From Isurus oxyrinchus (taxonomy: Eukaryota): a stretch of DNA of 64,000 bases. The position numbers were made by a program, and so were the translations under genes. This document shows positions 37,533 to 51,299 of this stretch, in pieces. The notes below the pieces were generated by a model, which saw nothing but the letters and a program-made list of their open reading frames with translations, had not been told where the DNA came from and searched no databases. The stretch covers positions 37,882,001 to 37,946,000 of the forward strand of contig JANJGN010000026.1 of assembly GCA_026770705.1 (NCBI GenBank). The letters are read 5' to 3'. The stretch's first letter is position 1; every line of letters starts with the position of its first letter.

Positions 37533-37548
37533 GCGCCACCTGGTGGCC
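37533..37548 (-). promoter_or_regulatory. Candidate CTCF site (consensus match)
   Basis: Minus strand GGCCACCAGGTGGCGC. Confidence 0.65.
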
Positions 37549-37974
37549 GAATTTAATGGATCTTATTTTCACTGATCTCACAAAACACGGCAATGGTGCG
37601 AGTTGCCCCGAGGCTTTTCTCACAGAGGGTCTCAGCAATTTGTAATACAGGGGATTGTCAGCGACCTGAAACCCAGTCAAGGGAGAAGCAGATATATTAT
37701 TGGGTATTTTTTCGAAAGATTGAAAAGCGACCTTTAATGTTCTTTCCACAAGAATGTGCCCGTATTTCGAAAGCTGGAGCCGGGTTCTGGTTTTGACGAT
37801 GAAGCTGAAAAAATTAATTCACGTCGGAAGTTGAATAGATGCAATTTATACTCATCGAGATTCCTTCCAGTTGTTGGGCTTCTGTTGACCACTGTCCGAC
37901 TGAACATCCGGAACTCACTCCTGCAGAAATTATTTCATGGTTGACCATGGAAACATAATGAACAGCAGATAACG

Positions 37975-38105
37975 AACAGATAGATAGATAGCTAGATTAG
38001 ATAGACGGATGGGTGGATGGATAAATAGACAGATGGAGGGTGGACAGATGGAGTGATGGACGGATGGACAGATCGGGGATTGGAGAAATGGATGGATAGA
38101 CGGAT
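37975..38105. repeat. (GATA/GATG)n degenerate microsatellite
   Basis: Directly visible. Confidence 0.8.
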
Positions 38106-38774
38106 GTAAAAGCAGAAAATGCTGGAAAAGCTCAGCACGTCCTTCAGCATCTGTGGAGAGAGAACCTGTGTTAATGGTTTAGAGTCCGTATGACTCTTCT
38201 ACAGATGGATGAATGGATCGGTGGAGTGTGAGTGGATGTGCCTGAAAAATGCTGTTCCACCTTTTCACCTTTATGATTCACTGCTCCATAACTTGCCCCA
38301 GGCCCTTTATTCCATTTGTATCTGTCTGGTGCTTTCAATCCTTCCCGATTTTCTGGATCATTCCAGTTCCTTGGCTGTTGACAACTGACGAGCTGAACGT
38401 CACCAAGTACAACCTGGAGATATCCCTGCGGTGCTGATGATCCTTTTCTGGTGATGCTGAATCTTCATCTCAAAGTTAGAAAGCGGCTGATGAGAAACGG
38501 GGATTATAACATGTGCAACATGCGGCCTTTTCACGTACAACAAAGCACTCAGCATATCCTCAACCAAATTACTTCAATCGCAGCAGAAACATAGCAGATG
38601 GTTGAATACATACATTTTTTTCACATTTCCCTGGTAATTTCTTGCTGCTCTGTGATTCTGGTGCAGTCCACCCTTCTGAACACCGCAGGAAAAACGTGCA
38701 TGAACTGTGAGTTTCTTAACAGCAAAATATTGATTGAAAACCGATTGTCACAATGAAATATATCCAATGGGTAT

Positions 38775-40220
38775 TACAGATTAAAAGCAGAAAACTGTGG
38801 ATGCTGGAAATCCAAAACAAAAACAAAAATACCTGGAAAAACTCAGCAGGTCTGGCAGCATCTGTGGAGAGGAACACAGTGAACATTTCGAGTCCGAATG
38901 ACCCTTCAACAGAACTAAGTAAAAATAGAAAAGAGGTGAAATATAAGCTGGTTTGGGGGGGGGGGAGCGGTGGCGTGGGGGGGTTGGACAAGAAGAGCTG
39001 GATAGAGGGCCAGTGATCGGTGGAGATAACCAAAAGATGTCACAGACAGAAGGACAAAGAGGTTTTGAAGGGGATGATATTATCTAAAAGAATGTGCTAA
39101 TTAAGGGTAGAAAGCAGGAGGGGCAAGGTACAGATATCCGTAGTGGGGGTGGGGTAGGGGGAAGGGACCACAATAGGCTAAAAGGTAGAGATAAAACAAT
39201 GGATGGAAATACACTTAAAATAATGAAAATAGGTGGGAAAAGAAAAATCTACATAAATTATTGGAAAAAAACAAAAAGGAGGGGGAAAATCGGAAAGGGG
39301 GTGGGGATGGAGAAAGAGTTCATGATATAAAATTGTTGAACTCAATATTCAGTCCAGAAGGCTGTAAAGTGCCTAGTCGGAAGATTAGGGGCTGTTCCTC
39401 CAGTTTGCGTTGAGCTTCACTGGAACAATGCAGCAAGCCAAGGATGGACATATGGGCATGAGAGCAGGGTGGAGTGTTGAAATGGTTAATGACAGGGAGG
39501 TCTGGGTAATACTTGCGGACAGACCGAAGGTGTTCTGCAAAGTGGTCACCCAGTCTGCATTTGGTTTCTCCAATGTAGAGGAAACCACATTGGGAGCAGT
39601 GAATGCAACAGACTATATTGAGGGAAGTGCAAGTGCAATGCTGCTTCACTTGAGAGGAGTGTTTGGGCCCTTGGACACTGAGGAGAGGGGAAGTAAAGGG
39701 GCAGGTATTGCACCTTCTGCTTTTGCATGGTAAGTGCCGTGGGAGGGGGTTGAGGTCTAGGGAGTGATGGAGGAGTGGACCAGGGTGTCCCGGAGGGAAC
39801 AATCCCTACGGAATGCCGCCAGTGGGGGTGAAGGGAAGATGTGGCATCATGCTGGAGTTGGCGGACATGGTGGAGGATGACCCTTTGAATGCGAATGCTG
39901 GTGGGATGATAAGTGAGGACAAGGGGGACCCTATCATTTTTCTGGAGGGAGAAGAAGATGTGAGGGCAGATGCACGGGAGATGGGCCAGACGCGGTTGAG
40001 GGCCCTGTCAACTACTGTGGGTGGAAGACCTCCATTAAGGAAGAAGGAGGACATGTCAGAGGAACTGTTTTTGAAAGTGGCATCATCAGAACAGATGCGA
40101 CAGAGGAGAAGGAATTGAGAGAATGGGATGGAGTCCTTACAGGAAGCAGGGTGTGAGGAGCTGTAGTCGAGGTAGCTGTGGGAGTTGGTAGGCTTGTAAT
40201 AGATATTGGTGGACAGTCAA
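38775..40220 (-). mobile_element. Penelope-like retroelement, 3' part with GIY-YIG endonuclease
   Basis: CNTCPF…CSQCGFLYIGETKCRLGDHFAEHLRSV…KLEEQPLIFRLGTLQPSGLNIEF; terminal-repeat motif at about 38775-38950. Confidence 0.88.
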
Positions 40221-40568
40221 CGAGAAATCAATGTGGGAATATTCAGTAATCAGCTTTCCATACAAATTTCTGCTCTGAATTTATAACTTAAAACCCTTTG
40301 CGAATGTTCAAAACTATGGCAAAATTATTAATATTGTTATTAATATGGTCATTATTATATTGGGGGAATGTTTTTAGGTAAACTACAGAGTTCGTTAATA
40401 CACAATTGATCCTCCCTCATTGCAGAAGAGGATCTCTACCTTTAACGAGGATAACTACCTGCTCTGTGCACATTGCCATTCATGTTCAATGTCCCACTAT
40501 CAGGAGTAACTGTCGCTGTGCTAACAGAAACAGTGACAGACAAATGGAGAGATAGTTCCAGATCCATG

Positions 40569-41703
40569 TGTTATGGCGTAGCAGATGATATGTGGTCTGG
40601 CGGACCAAATCCACAAGGGAAATGTGGTCACGCCATCACAAAGTTTTTCAATTTGTAATTATTATGAGAAGATGAGTGAACTGCCTTCAGAGATGAAGAG
40701 TCCACTAAGACTTTTAGAGATTTAAAAAATTAATTTATAATATATATTGACAAAATAAAAGATTTCAAAAACATACAACTGCTATTAAACAATACTGTAG
40801 CAAATCCTAAAATTTTGAATTAACCTGACCCTCAGTTACATACCCCCTTTAAGGCAGTAGTCCAAAATAATAGAATTACAGAATCTCAGAATCACACAGT
40901 GCAGAAGAGGCCTTTCGGCCCATCAAGTCTGCATGGGCATTTGAGAAACACCTGACCTACCTACCTAATCCTATTTACCAGCACTTGGCCCATAGCCTTG
41001 AATGTTATGACGTGCCAAATGCTCATCCAGGTACTTTTTAAAGGATGTGAGGCAAACCAGCTCTACCACTCTCCCAGGTGCGGTGATTTTAGATTTCAAA
41101 GAAAACCAGCAAGATAACCCAGTAATCACATGGCAGTGGAATTGTAAATGGTTTGCTCCAACTTCAGTTACTGGACAGAGCCGGCTTATGCACAAAAGGC
41201 TGGAGGCGTCTTGAAGGCTGTTTCACACACTCCTGTTAGATCTTACATGGCCCTCGCCTCATGTAGCCTTTCATTCTCCTTTATGTATTTTTATCTGTCT
41301 TAAATATGTAAATTATATTGCTCCACATAACTTTGGAGCGGTACCTTTCCCATAATAAAGAAAAAATCATGTTCCAATATTATCAGTAACCTTTGGGAAA
41401 AATAAACACACTCCTTAGCCTTGCTTAGCTGGCTACTTGTGAACTTAAAATCCATACAATCTTTTCATTTATCTAAAAAGGCAAACTCCCTTCCCATCTT
41501 GCATACTAAGCCAGCGCCATGTTTATTCATTAGCATTTCAAACACATTTCTACACCTAGCTTCTTTTGATAATTCCAAGCTTGCAGTCTATCTGACTCCA
41601 AATGCATTTAAATCACATAGACAGAACCAAACATACTCACTCTCATAAACCTACTTTACTATAATCCAGAAAAATATTATGAAATTATTATACTTTCATA
41701 ACA
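40569..41703 (-). mobile_element. Solo-LTR-like element with a nested CR1 3' tail (about 40872-41085)
   Basis: TGTTATG…CATAACA termini; homologous to 14920-15807. Confidence 0.5.
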
Positions 41704-42264
41704 ATAGCAGGCTGTCATAATACAAAACAATTTATATTTCTTGGTATTTTTGCTATTGATTGTTTTTAATAAACATCAGCTGTGCTTCAATCTATTAATC
41801 ATTTGATCTATTGATAGTTCCAAACCTTCAACTTTCCCATACAATCGATGGCTTGCAACTGAATGATGTTTCTCACTGTATCAATAATCCTCAACCCTTT
41901 CAGCACTCCTAATCGATTGGTGTTCCACAATCTATTAATGGTCTCCAATTCTGAAACGATTCAAGGCCCAATGAATATTCTTTTGTTTAAGGAAATGAGC
42001 TAGTTTGTCCACAAATCATTTGAATTACTGTGAAGTTCTGATTAACCTGGTTGGATCTTAGAGTACTACTCACACAGTGAAGTAGCTGTACTGTTGTCAG
42101 GTTCAAGATCACACCCACAGTCAGTGCCTGTCCTACCAGCGGAACTCTACATTAGGGTTTGTGGTACCGTTGGGGCCAGGTCCAGTCTGATTTAACTATG
42201 TACCTATGTATAAAATTGAACCATTGGATGCCTGGATTTATATTTATTTATTTCATATTCATTC

Positions 42265-42620
42265 ATTGGCTCAGTTGGCAGCACTTTCCCCTCTGACATT
42301 AAACTGGGGGCCGTCTGCCCTCTCAGGTCGATGTGAAAGATTCCATGGTACTATTCCATCTGGAAGTGCAGGGAGTTATCCCCGGTGCCTTAGCATTTAT
42401 CAGTTAATAAACATTTTAAAATACACAAAGGCGCAGATTACCTGGTCATTATCATATTGCGGTTTGTGGGAGCAAGCTGTGCTCAAACAGGCTGCGGTGT
42501 TTCCTCCATTACAACTGTCAATACACATCCTAAGTGCATTTTTGGTTGTAAAACACTCAGACTTCCGGTGATCGTGAAAAGTGCTATTATATATATATAT
42601 ATATATATTCTTTTTCTTTC
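42265..42620 (+). mobile_element. Deu-domain-type SINE (SacSINE1/AmnSINE1-like)
   Basis: Recognised from memory of the conserved body 'ccgtctgccctctcaggt…gattccatgg…ctggtcattatcatattgcggtttgtgggagc…'. It ends in (AT)n. Confidence 0.6.
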
Positions 42621-43789
42621 CCTTTTCCTTTTTATGAAGTATAGATGCAAAATGGAAAGTGTTGGATTGAGCCAATAAATCATAGACTTCTAGAATGAAC
42701 CCGTGCTCCCGGCTGGGAAGGACGTCATTCAGTTCCTCAGGATTGTACCAGCATTTTAAAAAATATATCGAATTTATCTCATGCTGTCTCACCACCCCCA
42801 CCACACATCCTGCAGCCCCCTCCACCCCCCATCCCCCACCCACCCCACTAACATGCTGTTTCCCCATAGCCCAGCAATTTATGCCCATTGGAGATCATGC
42901 CTTCGGTGATAATGTAACAGACTCTGTCAAGTTGTCCCACTTAAATTGCTCTGGAGCATGGGGCATTGGGGCAGAAATGATGAATGTAATGGGGTAAGAA
43001 GGAATAATGTGACAACAGAAATAGTGTGGAACTTGCTGGAGAGCAGAAAGTGCTTCATTCCTTTCCAAGTGAGGGAAATAATAAATCGGGATTTTAAAAC
43101 TGAGTAAATTTATGTCAGATATAGGTAGTATCACTTCCAAACTTATCACACTCTCAACGTTTATGTCAGGAGCTTCTATTTAATGCTGAGTGAAGCACTT
43201 AACACTGAAACGCAGAGACTGGTGTGTCTATGCTCACTATCCTTAGAATAATTTAGTCCATTTTCCAACAGAATTCTCGGAACAGAGGTATTCCTTGGTA
43301 AGGGAATGCTCAGTGTATTCTCAATCGATGTTAACGACATTAAACGAACAGCAAATACATTTTCAATAAAATAAAATCTGGAACATAATAGGTAACAATG
43401 GTTATTTATCTTTGTGGACTTCACTTGTCAGTAAGTATGATGCGTTCACTCACACACACACATTTCAGTTTAAGATCCCATCTTTCCTACCTCGGAGGCT
43501 CTGTAGCACCTGAAGAATCGGAGAAAATCACCGCCACCACATTTCAGGTGGTTCCATGAAGAAAAAATCTCTCCCCTCTTCACACTGGTTCAGTTGGTCA
43601 TTAAAGCTCCCATTATTCCCACAATGTGCGCCTTGGTCCACATTCTTCGGTTGAAATAAGATCGTCAAGAGTTAATCAATAGGAATTGAGACACTTTGCT
43701 CTTCTCGTGACCTTAAAGTGCGCAAATCAGCCACGTTAATCTGCCACAGTTGCACCATATATTGGAAGTTCACACAGGAGGTAATGAGC

Positions 43790-45082
43790 TGATACATCAG
43801 TAGAAGTGGTTTCTTGATCCATTAAGCCAGCATGGATCTTTTAAGGGAAAATCATGTTTAACTAACTTGCTTGAGTTTTTTGTTGACATAGCAGCGATGG
43901 TTGATGAGGGTAATGCTTTTGGCATGGTTTACATGGTCTCCAAAAGACATTTGATAAAATGCCGCACAACAGACCTGTGAGCAAAGTTGGAGCTCACTGG
44001 AATAAAATGGACGGTAACATCATGGATTGGGAACTGGCTGAGTGCCAGGAAAGAAAGAGTAGTTTTGAACATGTGTTTTTCGGACTCGGGGAAGGGTTAT
44101 AATGAATTTTCCCAAGGGTCAGTGTTACAACGCCTACTTTTCATCATATTTATTCATAAACTGGGCCTTGGTGTACAGAGCACAATTTCAAAATATACGG
44201 ACGATGCGAAATGTGGAAGCATTGCGGGCCATGAGGAGGATAGTTTAGAACTTCAAAAAGACATCGAGAGGTTGGTGGAAAGGGCGGACAAGTGACAGAT
44301 GAAATTTTGGTGGGAAGAACGCAGACAGACAGTATAAAGGAAAGGGTGTGATTCCAAAGGGGCTGCAGGAGCCGAGTGACCTGGGTGTTAATGTGTATAA
44401 ATCATTGAATGTGGCAGGACAAGTTGAAAGAGCGCGATTAATAAATCATGCAACATCCTGAGCTTTATTAACAGAGGGAAAGCGTATAAAAGCAAAGAGG
44501 TCATGTTAAACGTGTGTGGCACACTGGTTAGGCCTCAACTGGAGAATTGCATCCAATTGCGGGCACTACATTTTTGGAAGAATTTGAAGGCATGAGAAAG
44601 GGCACAGCAAAGGTTCATGGAAATTGTCCCAGGGATGACGAACTCCAGTTATGTATAAAGAGTGGAGCAGTTGGCTTTAATCTCGTTTGAGAAGAGAAAG
44701 TTTAGAGGAGACTTGATGCGGGTATTAAAAATCATGCAGGGTCTGTGCGGAGTAGATAGGGAGAAATTGTTCCCATTGGTGGAAGGATTGAGAACCACAC
44801 AGTTCAGGTTTAAAGTAACCTGGAGAAGAAGCAATAGAGACAAGAGGAAAAACATTTCACGCAGTGAGTGGTTAGCATCTGGAATGCACTGCCTGACAGT
44901 GTGGTGGATTGAGGGACAATTGATGCTTTCAAAATGAAACCGGATCCTTATCTGAAAAGAAAAAAAGATACTGGACTACAGGGAAAGCTGTGGCCCAAGG
45001 TCAATTACTCCTTTGGAGGGTTAGCATGGACAGGAGTGGCCGAATGGCATCCTCCTGCGCTGTAAGAATTCTATGATTCTAT
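43790..45082 (+). mobile_element. CR1 LINE 3' fragment
   Basis: QGSVLQRLLFIIFI…SKYTDD, RKFRGDLMRVLKIM and a ttctatgattctat tail. Confidence 0.85.
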
Positions 45083-45229
45083 CATAAATGTCGGAAGCAG
45101 CAACGAAAATTGACATTTTCACAACATCTGCAATAGAAGAGTCCGTCCAACTGATGGCAGTGAAACAGTGAATACTGACATTATATGAAACAAGCACTGT
45201 CTCAATCATTTCTGCACTGAACCCTTTCC

Positions 45230-46830
45230 CTGTTCATATTAAACTTGACCTTTGACTGTATATATTACACTCAGTGATGTCTCTGATCGTATTACAACAG
45301 GTTGTGTCTCAGTTGTTTCTATAATAGGTCAATCTCAGTCAATATACAGGACAAAGACCATGTTACACTATACATTTTCTCAGTTATCACTGCACTAAAC
45401 CATGTCTAGTCTAATATGACAATAGTCCATGTCTCAGTTGGTACTGCACTGGTACTTGTCTCTACTTAGACGAAACCAGAACATCTCCCTGTTTACATGA
45501 CACGAGGCTCTGTCTCAGTTATTGCACTACTAGACTTTGCCATGTTTATACTAAACTAAGAGATGTCTTGGCGAACGCTGCGCCAGTCTATTTCTCTGTT
45601 TATATCACACGATGCCCTGTCATTGTTATTATTGCATAATACCGTGCCTCTTTCTTATTGCTGCACTTGCCCACATCTCTGTTTATATTAATCCAGGTCC
45701 TATGTTGGTAGTTATTGCACTAGGCGCTGCCTCAGTTTATATTAGACAAGGTCCTATATCAGATGAAACTGCAACAGATCCCGTGTCAATTTCCTTTCAC
45801 TAGATCCTGCCCCAGTCATTACTGAACTAGACCATGTCGGTGTTCATATTACACAAGACACTGTCTCAATTATTACTGCACTCGGCACTGCCTCACATTT
45901 TACTCCACTACATCATGCCTCTGTTTATATTACACTAGATCACCTTTTTACTCATATTCTGTTAGACCCTATCTCAGTTTATATAACACTCGACCCTGTC
46001 TCAGTTTATATTACAGTAGACCCCATCTCAGATAATATTATACTGGAGCCCGTCTCGGTTTATATTACACCAGAGCACATCTGTGTTTACATTACAATAG
46101 ACCCTCTCTCCGTTTTTATTACACTAGACCCTGTCTCAGGTAATATTACACTAGACATTTCCTCTGTTTATATTGAAATCGGCCCTATCAATGTTATTTC
46201 TGTGTAGGTCATGTCTCTGTTTATACTACACAAGGCCAAGTCTGTTATCACTGCACTAAATCCTGGCTCAATAATTGCTGATACTAGGCCCAGCCTTCGT
46301 TTGAATGACCGTGGATGCTGTATCAATAATTGGTGCACTCGGCCCTGTCTCAGCATTACGGCACCAGACCCTGACTTTGTTTATATTGAAATGGATTATG
46401 TCTATGATAATATTACATCAGTTCCTGCCTCAGTTATTTCAGTGCTCGGCCCCGTCTCAGCTGCTCCTGAATTCGGCCGTGGCTCTGGTTGTATTGCATG
46501 CGGAAAAGTCTCAGTTATTACTGCTCTGGGCCCAGCGTCTGTATATACAACGCTAAACCCTGTCTTAGTAGCTGCTGCACTAATCCAATCATCTCTTCCC
46601 TGTCCCTGTTTCTATTCCACTAGATCATGTTTTTGTTTATCTTACACTATAGGCAATCTGAGTTATTATTGCACCAGACCCTGTCGAGGGTGTTATTAAT
46701 CCATGTGCCGAATCCATCATTACTGTTCTAGCCACGAGAGAGGATTAGTATCAATTGACCCAGTGCTTAGTGCGCTAACCCTGCCTCGGTTATTTCTACG
46801 CTTGGCCATGTCTCTGTGATTCCTGCAACT
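45230..46830 (-). repeat. Degenerate 27/54-bp satellite, reverse orientation
   Basis: Units such as actagaccctgtctcagtttatattac, the reverse complement of the 55-64 kb unit. Confidence 0.8.
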
Positions 46831-47287
46831 GTGAGTTGGAGAGAAATTATTATACACAAAGATGTTGAGGTGGGGATTGTTCCCTGGCGTTGGCCTCAAA
46901 CGGGCGGTATTGGATGGCCCGTTCTTTGCAGCACCTGATAGTTATTTTCATTAAGTTTTAGTCAAAGAAATGATAGATCAGATATGGTCAGTTATGTGTG
47001 CTGTATAGAAAAAAAAACATACTTCTTGCTTAGACCGCCGTTTCTCAAAGATAAATGATGATCTTTACCCGAATGTTTCAATATTTAATTTTCTCTTACT
47101 CAAACTGTCACTGCGGATTATTTAGTGCTGTAAATATTTATTGATAGCATGTTTCGTTGTTTACTTTTGCTTAGAAAGTGATGTCATACTAACACTTCCG
47201 TCACTAAGACGAGCATGTTTATCACCAAACTCATTGAATGTCCTTTGTTTCTCTGTCCGAGGCAGCGTCTAACTCAGTGAACCTCTA

Positions 47288-47397
47288 CTCTCTCTCTCTC
47301 TCGCTCAACCTTTCTTTCTCTCTCTCTCACTCTCTCTCTCTACCCACCATCTAACTCCCGCCCCCCACACCCCCGCTCTCTCTCTCTCTCTCTCTCT
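47288..47397. repeat. (CT)n microsatellite
   Basis: Directly visible. Confidence 0.9.
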
Positions 47398-48049
47398 GAG
47401 ACAGTCCCTTATTCATTTTGAATCTCCTGATATCTAATAACACTCTTTGGAGAATTTTTTTTTTCACAATTTCTCTTCATTTCTCCCAGTGACAACTTTC
47501 AGTCCACTCTTGCCTTCAGTGATTGTGTTCAAATCCAAAACTATGCATTTAGTTAAATTGTAGATTGTTTAATACTGTAAGTATTTAGTGATAACCAGTC
47601 TGTTGTGTGCATTTGTTTATAAAGTGATCCCAGACTAACAATTTCGTTTCTAAGGTGCTTTATCTGTCTCCGCTGATCAATTGGAAAACGGAGTAAATCA
47701 CATCCAGAAGAACCAGCAGTTTATTAACAAATGATCACCTCAGTATCTCTCAGAAGCTCCTGGTAATCTCGAATGTGTGATGATTTGTGCAAGTGATGGC
47801 AAAAATCAAACTTTACCTACACCTCACATGAGACTCATACACCTGTAATTCTCCGGTTTATTTTTCCTGTTGATGGGAAGGAGTGAAACTCCTGCTGCTC
47901 TCCAGAGACTTTCAGAATTTCTGCTTCCACTTTTTTTAACTGCTTTCTTCACAAATTCCACCACAACCACTCGAATCATGTTTGGACGGATTAGTTTAAG
48001 TGCAGGTTGCATATTCAATGTAATCTTAACGAAAATAAACCATGGCCTA

Positions 48050-48960
48050 GTCGAGTATAAAAAGAGATCGAACTTGATGTAACATAAACAGAGATATGGG
48101 TTACTGCATTAATAACAGAGACAGTATCTGGTTTAACATAAAAGGAGATATCGACTAATGAATTAATAACAGAGACAAGACCTGGTGTTATATAACCAAG
48201 GATATGGGCTCGTGCAGTAATATCAGAGACAGGACCTGGTGTAATATAAACATAGGTATCGGCTAGTGTAAGTAATAACAGGCACAATACCTAGTATAGC
48301 ACAGGCAGAGGCATGTGCTAGTGCGGTGATAACACAAATTGACCCAAGGAGTCAAATAAACAGATAAATTGGCTAGTTCAGGAATCAGAGAGAGGGAGAA
48401 CTTGGTATAACATTGAATGAACCGATATTTGTATGATCATAATAACAAAAACACTTTGTATAAAATAACAACTGAAAGAGGTCATGGCGAAACACTAGCG
48501 GAAACAGGGTCAACGTTAACAATATCAGGATCAGGTTACTATTGAAAACTGATTGGCACAAGGTTTTCAGAAATAATGAGAGAGGTTTGCATTAGGATTG
48601 AATGACATGTAGGCTCTTCGGGCAACCATTACAGAGACAGCGTTTTATACAATGAGATTGGATATAGAGAACAGATTAAAAGCGGTAAAGCTGTGTAATT
48701 AGTGCAATGTTTGATGATAACAGAGGATAGCAGTGAATCACTGAATACATCACTGGATCCAGTGTGATAATGATACAGTCAGCACCTGATCCACCCAAAT
48801 CGAAGTTGGGTCTGATATAATAGTTTGTGTGAGACAGCGCCAATTGATACAATAGCAAATCTTTTGCCTAATGCCTAATAACAGAGTCAAGCACGACTGC
48901 AATATGAATGGGATGGAGTTGGTGCAATAACACTGACACAGTCTAGTGTAATAGCAAATA
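48050..48960 (+). repeat. Degenerate 27/54-bp satellite, forward orientation
   Basis: Units such as gtgtaatataaacataggtatcggcta and gtgcagtaatatcagagacaggacctg. Confidence 0.7.
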
Positions 48961-51178
48961 AAACATAACATTCTGGAATTACTCTGCAGGTCAGGCAGAA
49001 TCTGTGGCAATAAACAGAGTGAACATTTCATGGCGATGACCCTTCAGCAGAACCGGGGTCATCGATTAGAAACTTTAACTCCACTTCTCTCCACAGCCAC
49101 TGCACTCCCGAGTGGTACAGTTGGCGGTCCTCCTGCTTTTGAGCTGTAAGATCTATGTTCAGATTCCACGCCCGGCTCCATTGACCACGGGAAAAGTGTT
49201 CGTGTGACAGACGCCGGTTTTTAATCAGCCTCCAAAATCCTCCCGTCTCTCTGCACTTTCCCCAAGGCTGCAAAGTATATGACGATCTGGAAAACAAACA
49301 GGCTCGACACCTGCTGTTTGACCTGTTGAGGATTTCCAGCACATTCGGTTTTTATTTTAGATTTCTAGCATCTGCCATGTGTTGCCGTTGTCCTAATGCA
49401 ATGGGAACTGACATTATGTCAGAATTCACGAATTAGCATCACTTTTACCCCTGGGTCAAACAGTTGTGGGTTGAAGCCTCAATCCAGAGAGTTGACCACT
49501 TAATAACGGTAGGTGCTTACAGTGATAGTTTATATGTCAGCCTTTCAGTTCTTTTATCCATTATTTCCTTACACTAAGGAGGAGGAATTAAAGACAGAGA
49601 AACTCTGGACAGTTCCTCTATCCACCAAAGGACGGGTTCCTGGGACATTGTTGCTGCTTTGACCTTCCCGCCCTCTCCAAAAAAAACAACCTCTGACTCC
49701 TTGCATTTGCAAAGGGAATTCTGACTGCCGGGCCCGGGCCAGACTGGGGCCTGGTCCAATAATAATCAGCGGCCGGCTCCAGTGTGTCAATAACAGAGGC
49801 TGCTGGTAATCTAACATAAAGAGAGGCAGCGGATCTAATAAACATCTGACTGTAAGAGGGTGTGAAAGTGTGAGGAAGCAATGATATTTAGGGCCTTAGC
49901 GCAGGCTTCTATGTTATGATGAGTGACCCAGGGATTTGTGTGGTAAAAACGGAGCTGAAACATTATGACAGAGGCCCGTGTGACTGACTCCACCTGACTA
50001 AGAGATGTTATACCCAAGGGGAGGACAGTCATGGCGGACTCCAGAGGTTTCTGATATCTGAAGGATCAATGCTGCATCTGTAAGAGGAACAGAAAATAAT
50101 CTGTTCCCTCTCATTCTTACCAACAGTTCTCCATTTACACAGACACGCAAGGGCCAAACACGCCAATGTTTAAATCTTCAGCGTGAGGCACATGATGACT
50201 GAAAGGATTAAACACCAAAACCTCACCAGAGGAAGAATCAGAGCCTAAAATGTTAAAGATAATCGTGCTTTCTACTAAACAAGCACTACTCAGTGTTATT
50301 ATTTTGTTCAAAGTAGTGGTTTGTAAATAGTAGTGAACTTCTGAATGATTCTTGGCAATTATCGACAGACATACACTCAAGCGCTGTCAAAAGACAGGGT
50401 TAGCAGAAGACGAAAGCTGTAAAATTACTGCATTTTATTTGGGCTCAATGAGGGACCGAGTAAGATAGAGGAAAGGTGCTGGGACAGTGATATAGGTGAG
50501 CATTTCAATTGGCCCCATTCCCTGTAATCCTTCAATTGTTAACGCCTTTAATTATTTATAGAATTCATTTTACAAAGTTACTATTAGTCTGGTGCCATCA
50601 CCCTGTCACGCTGTGCATTCCAGTTATCCTCCTGTCTTCCTGTTCAACAAAGTAAATTTGCGTCCCCTGGTTACCGACCCTCCTACCAGTTGAAATAGTC
50701 TTTCTTTATTCACACTAACAAACCTTTCATGATTTTGAACGCTTCTATTTAATCGACACACAGGGAGGTGGAGAGAGATACACAGAGAAAGAGGCAGAAA
50801 TAAAACTAAAGGAAAAAAACTTAAAATGAAAAAGGGAGACGGAATGTTGCAGAGAAACAGATGAAACAAGTTTCGAGGGAAAGCGTATGTGTAGGGAGTG
50901 TGTGTGTGTGTGTGGCGGGTGGAGGAGAGGGGGGTTGGTGGGGTGTGGAGGGGGAGTTAGCGTGGGGGCGGGTGGTGGAGCATAACCACGAAAAATGAAA
51001 GGTAGTAAGATCTCATTTCCCCGCTTCAGGGACTCGAGGGAGCTCAGTGACTGACCATCCAGTTATGTCCTGGAAATGGAAGCTCGAAACGGATCACACG
51101 GTCTCATTTGTAAATGTCACCGCAATGTGATCTGTGTGACTCTGCCCTGACTCAGTGGCCAGATATAAGCCTCCTTGA

Positions 51179-51299
51179 CAGATGTTCTCACCAGATTGTG
51201 GCCCCTGGATTTATTTTCTGCTCAGAAGTGAGATGTGCGGTTAGGAACCGGCAGCAGAGAAACAGGAAGTTGTGTTTCCTGAGAATGAAACAGCAGGTG
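51179..51299. promoter_or_regulatory. Candidate lymphoid enhancer (RUNX/ETS/STAT/E-box cluster)
   Basis: CAGATG 51179, TGCGGTT 51236, CAGGAAGT 51263, TTCCTGAGAA 51276 and CAGGTG 51294, all within about 120 bp of non-repetitive sequence. Confidence 0.4.

Noticed and set aside
35428-37944. Several 100-180 aa ORFs in GC-richer unique sequence
   Set aside because: No recognisable domain, low-complexity composition and no convincing exon structure.
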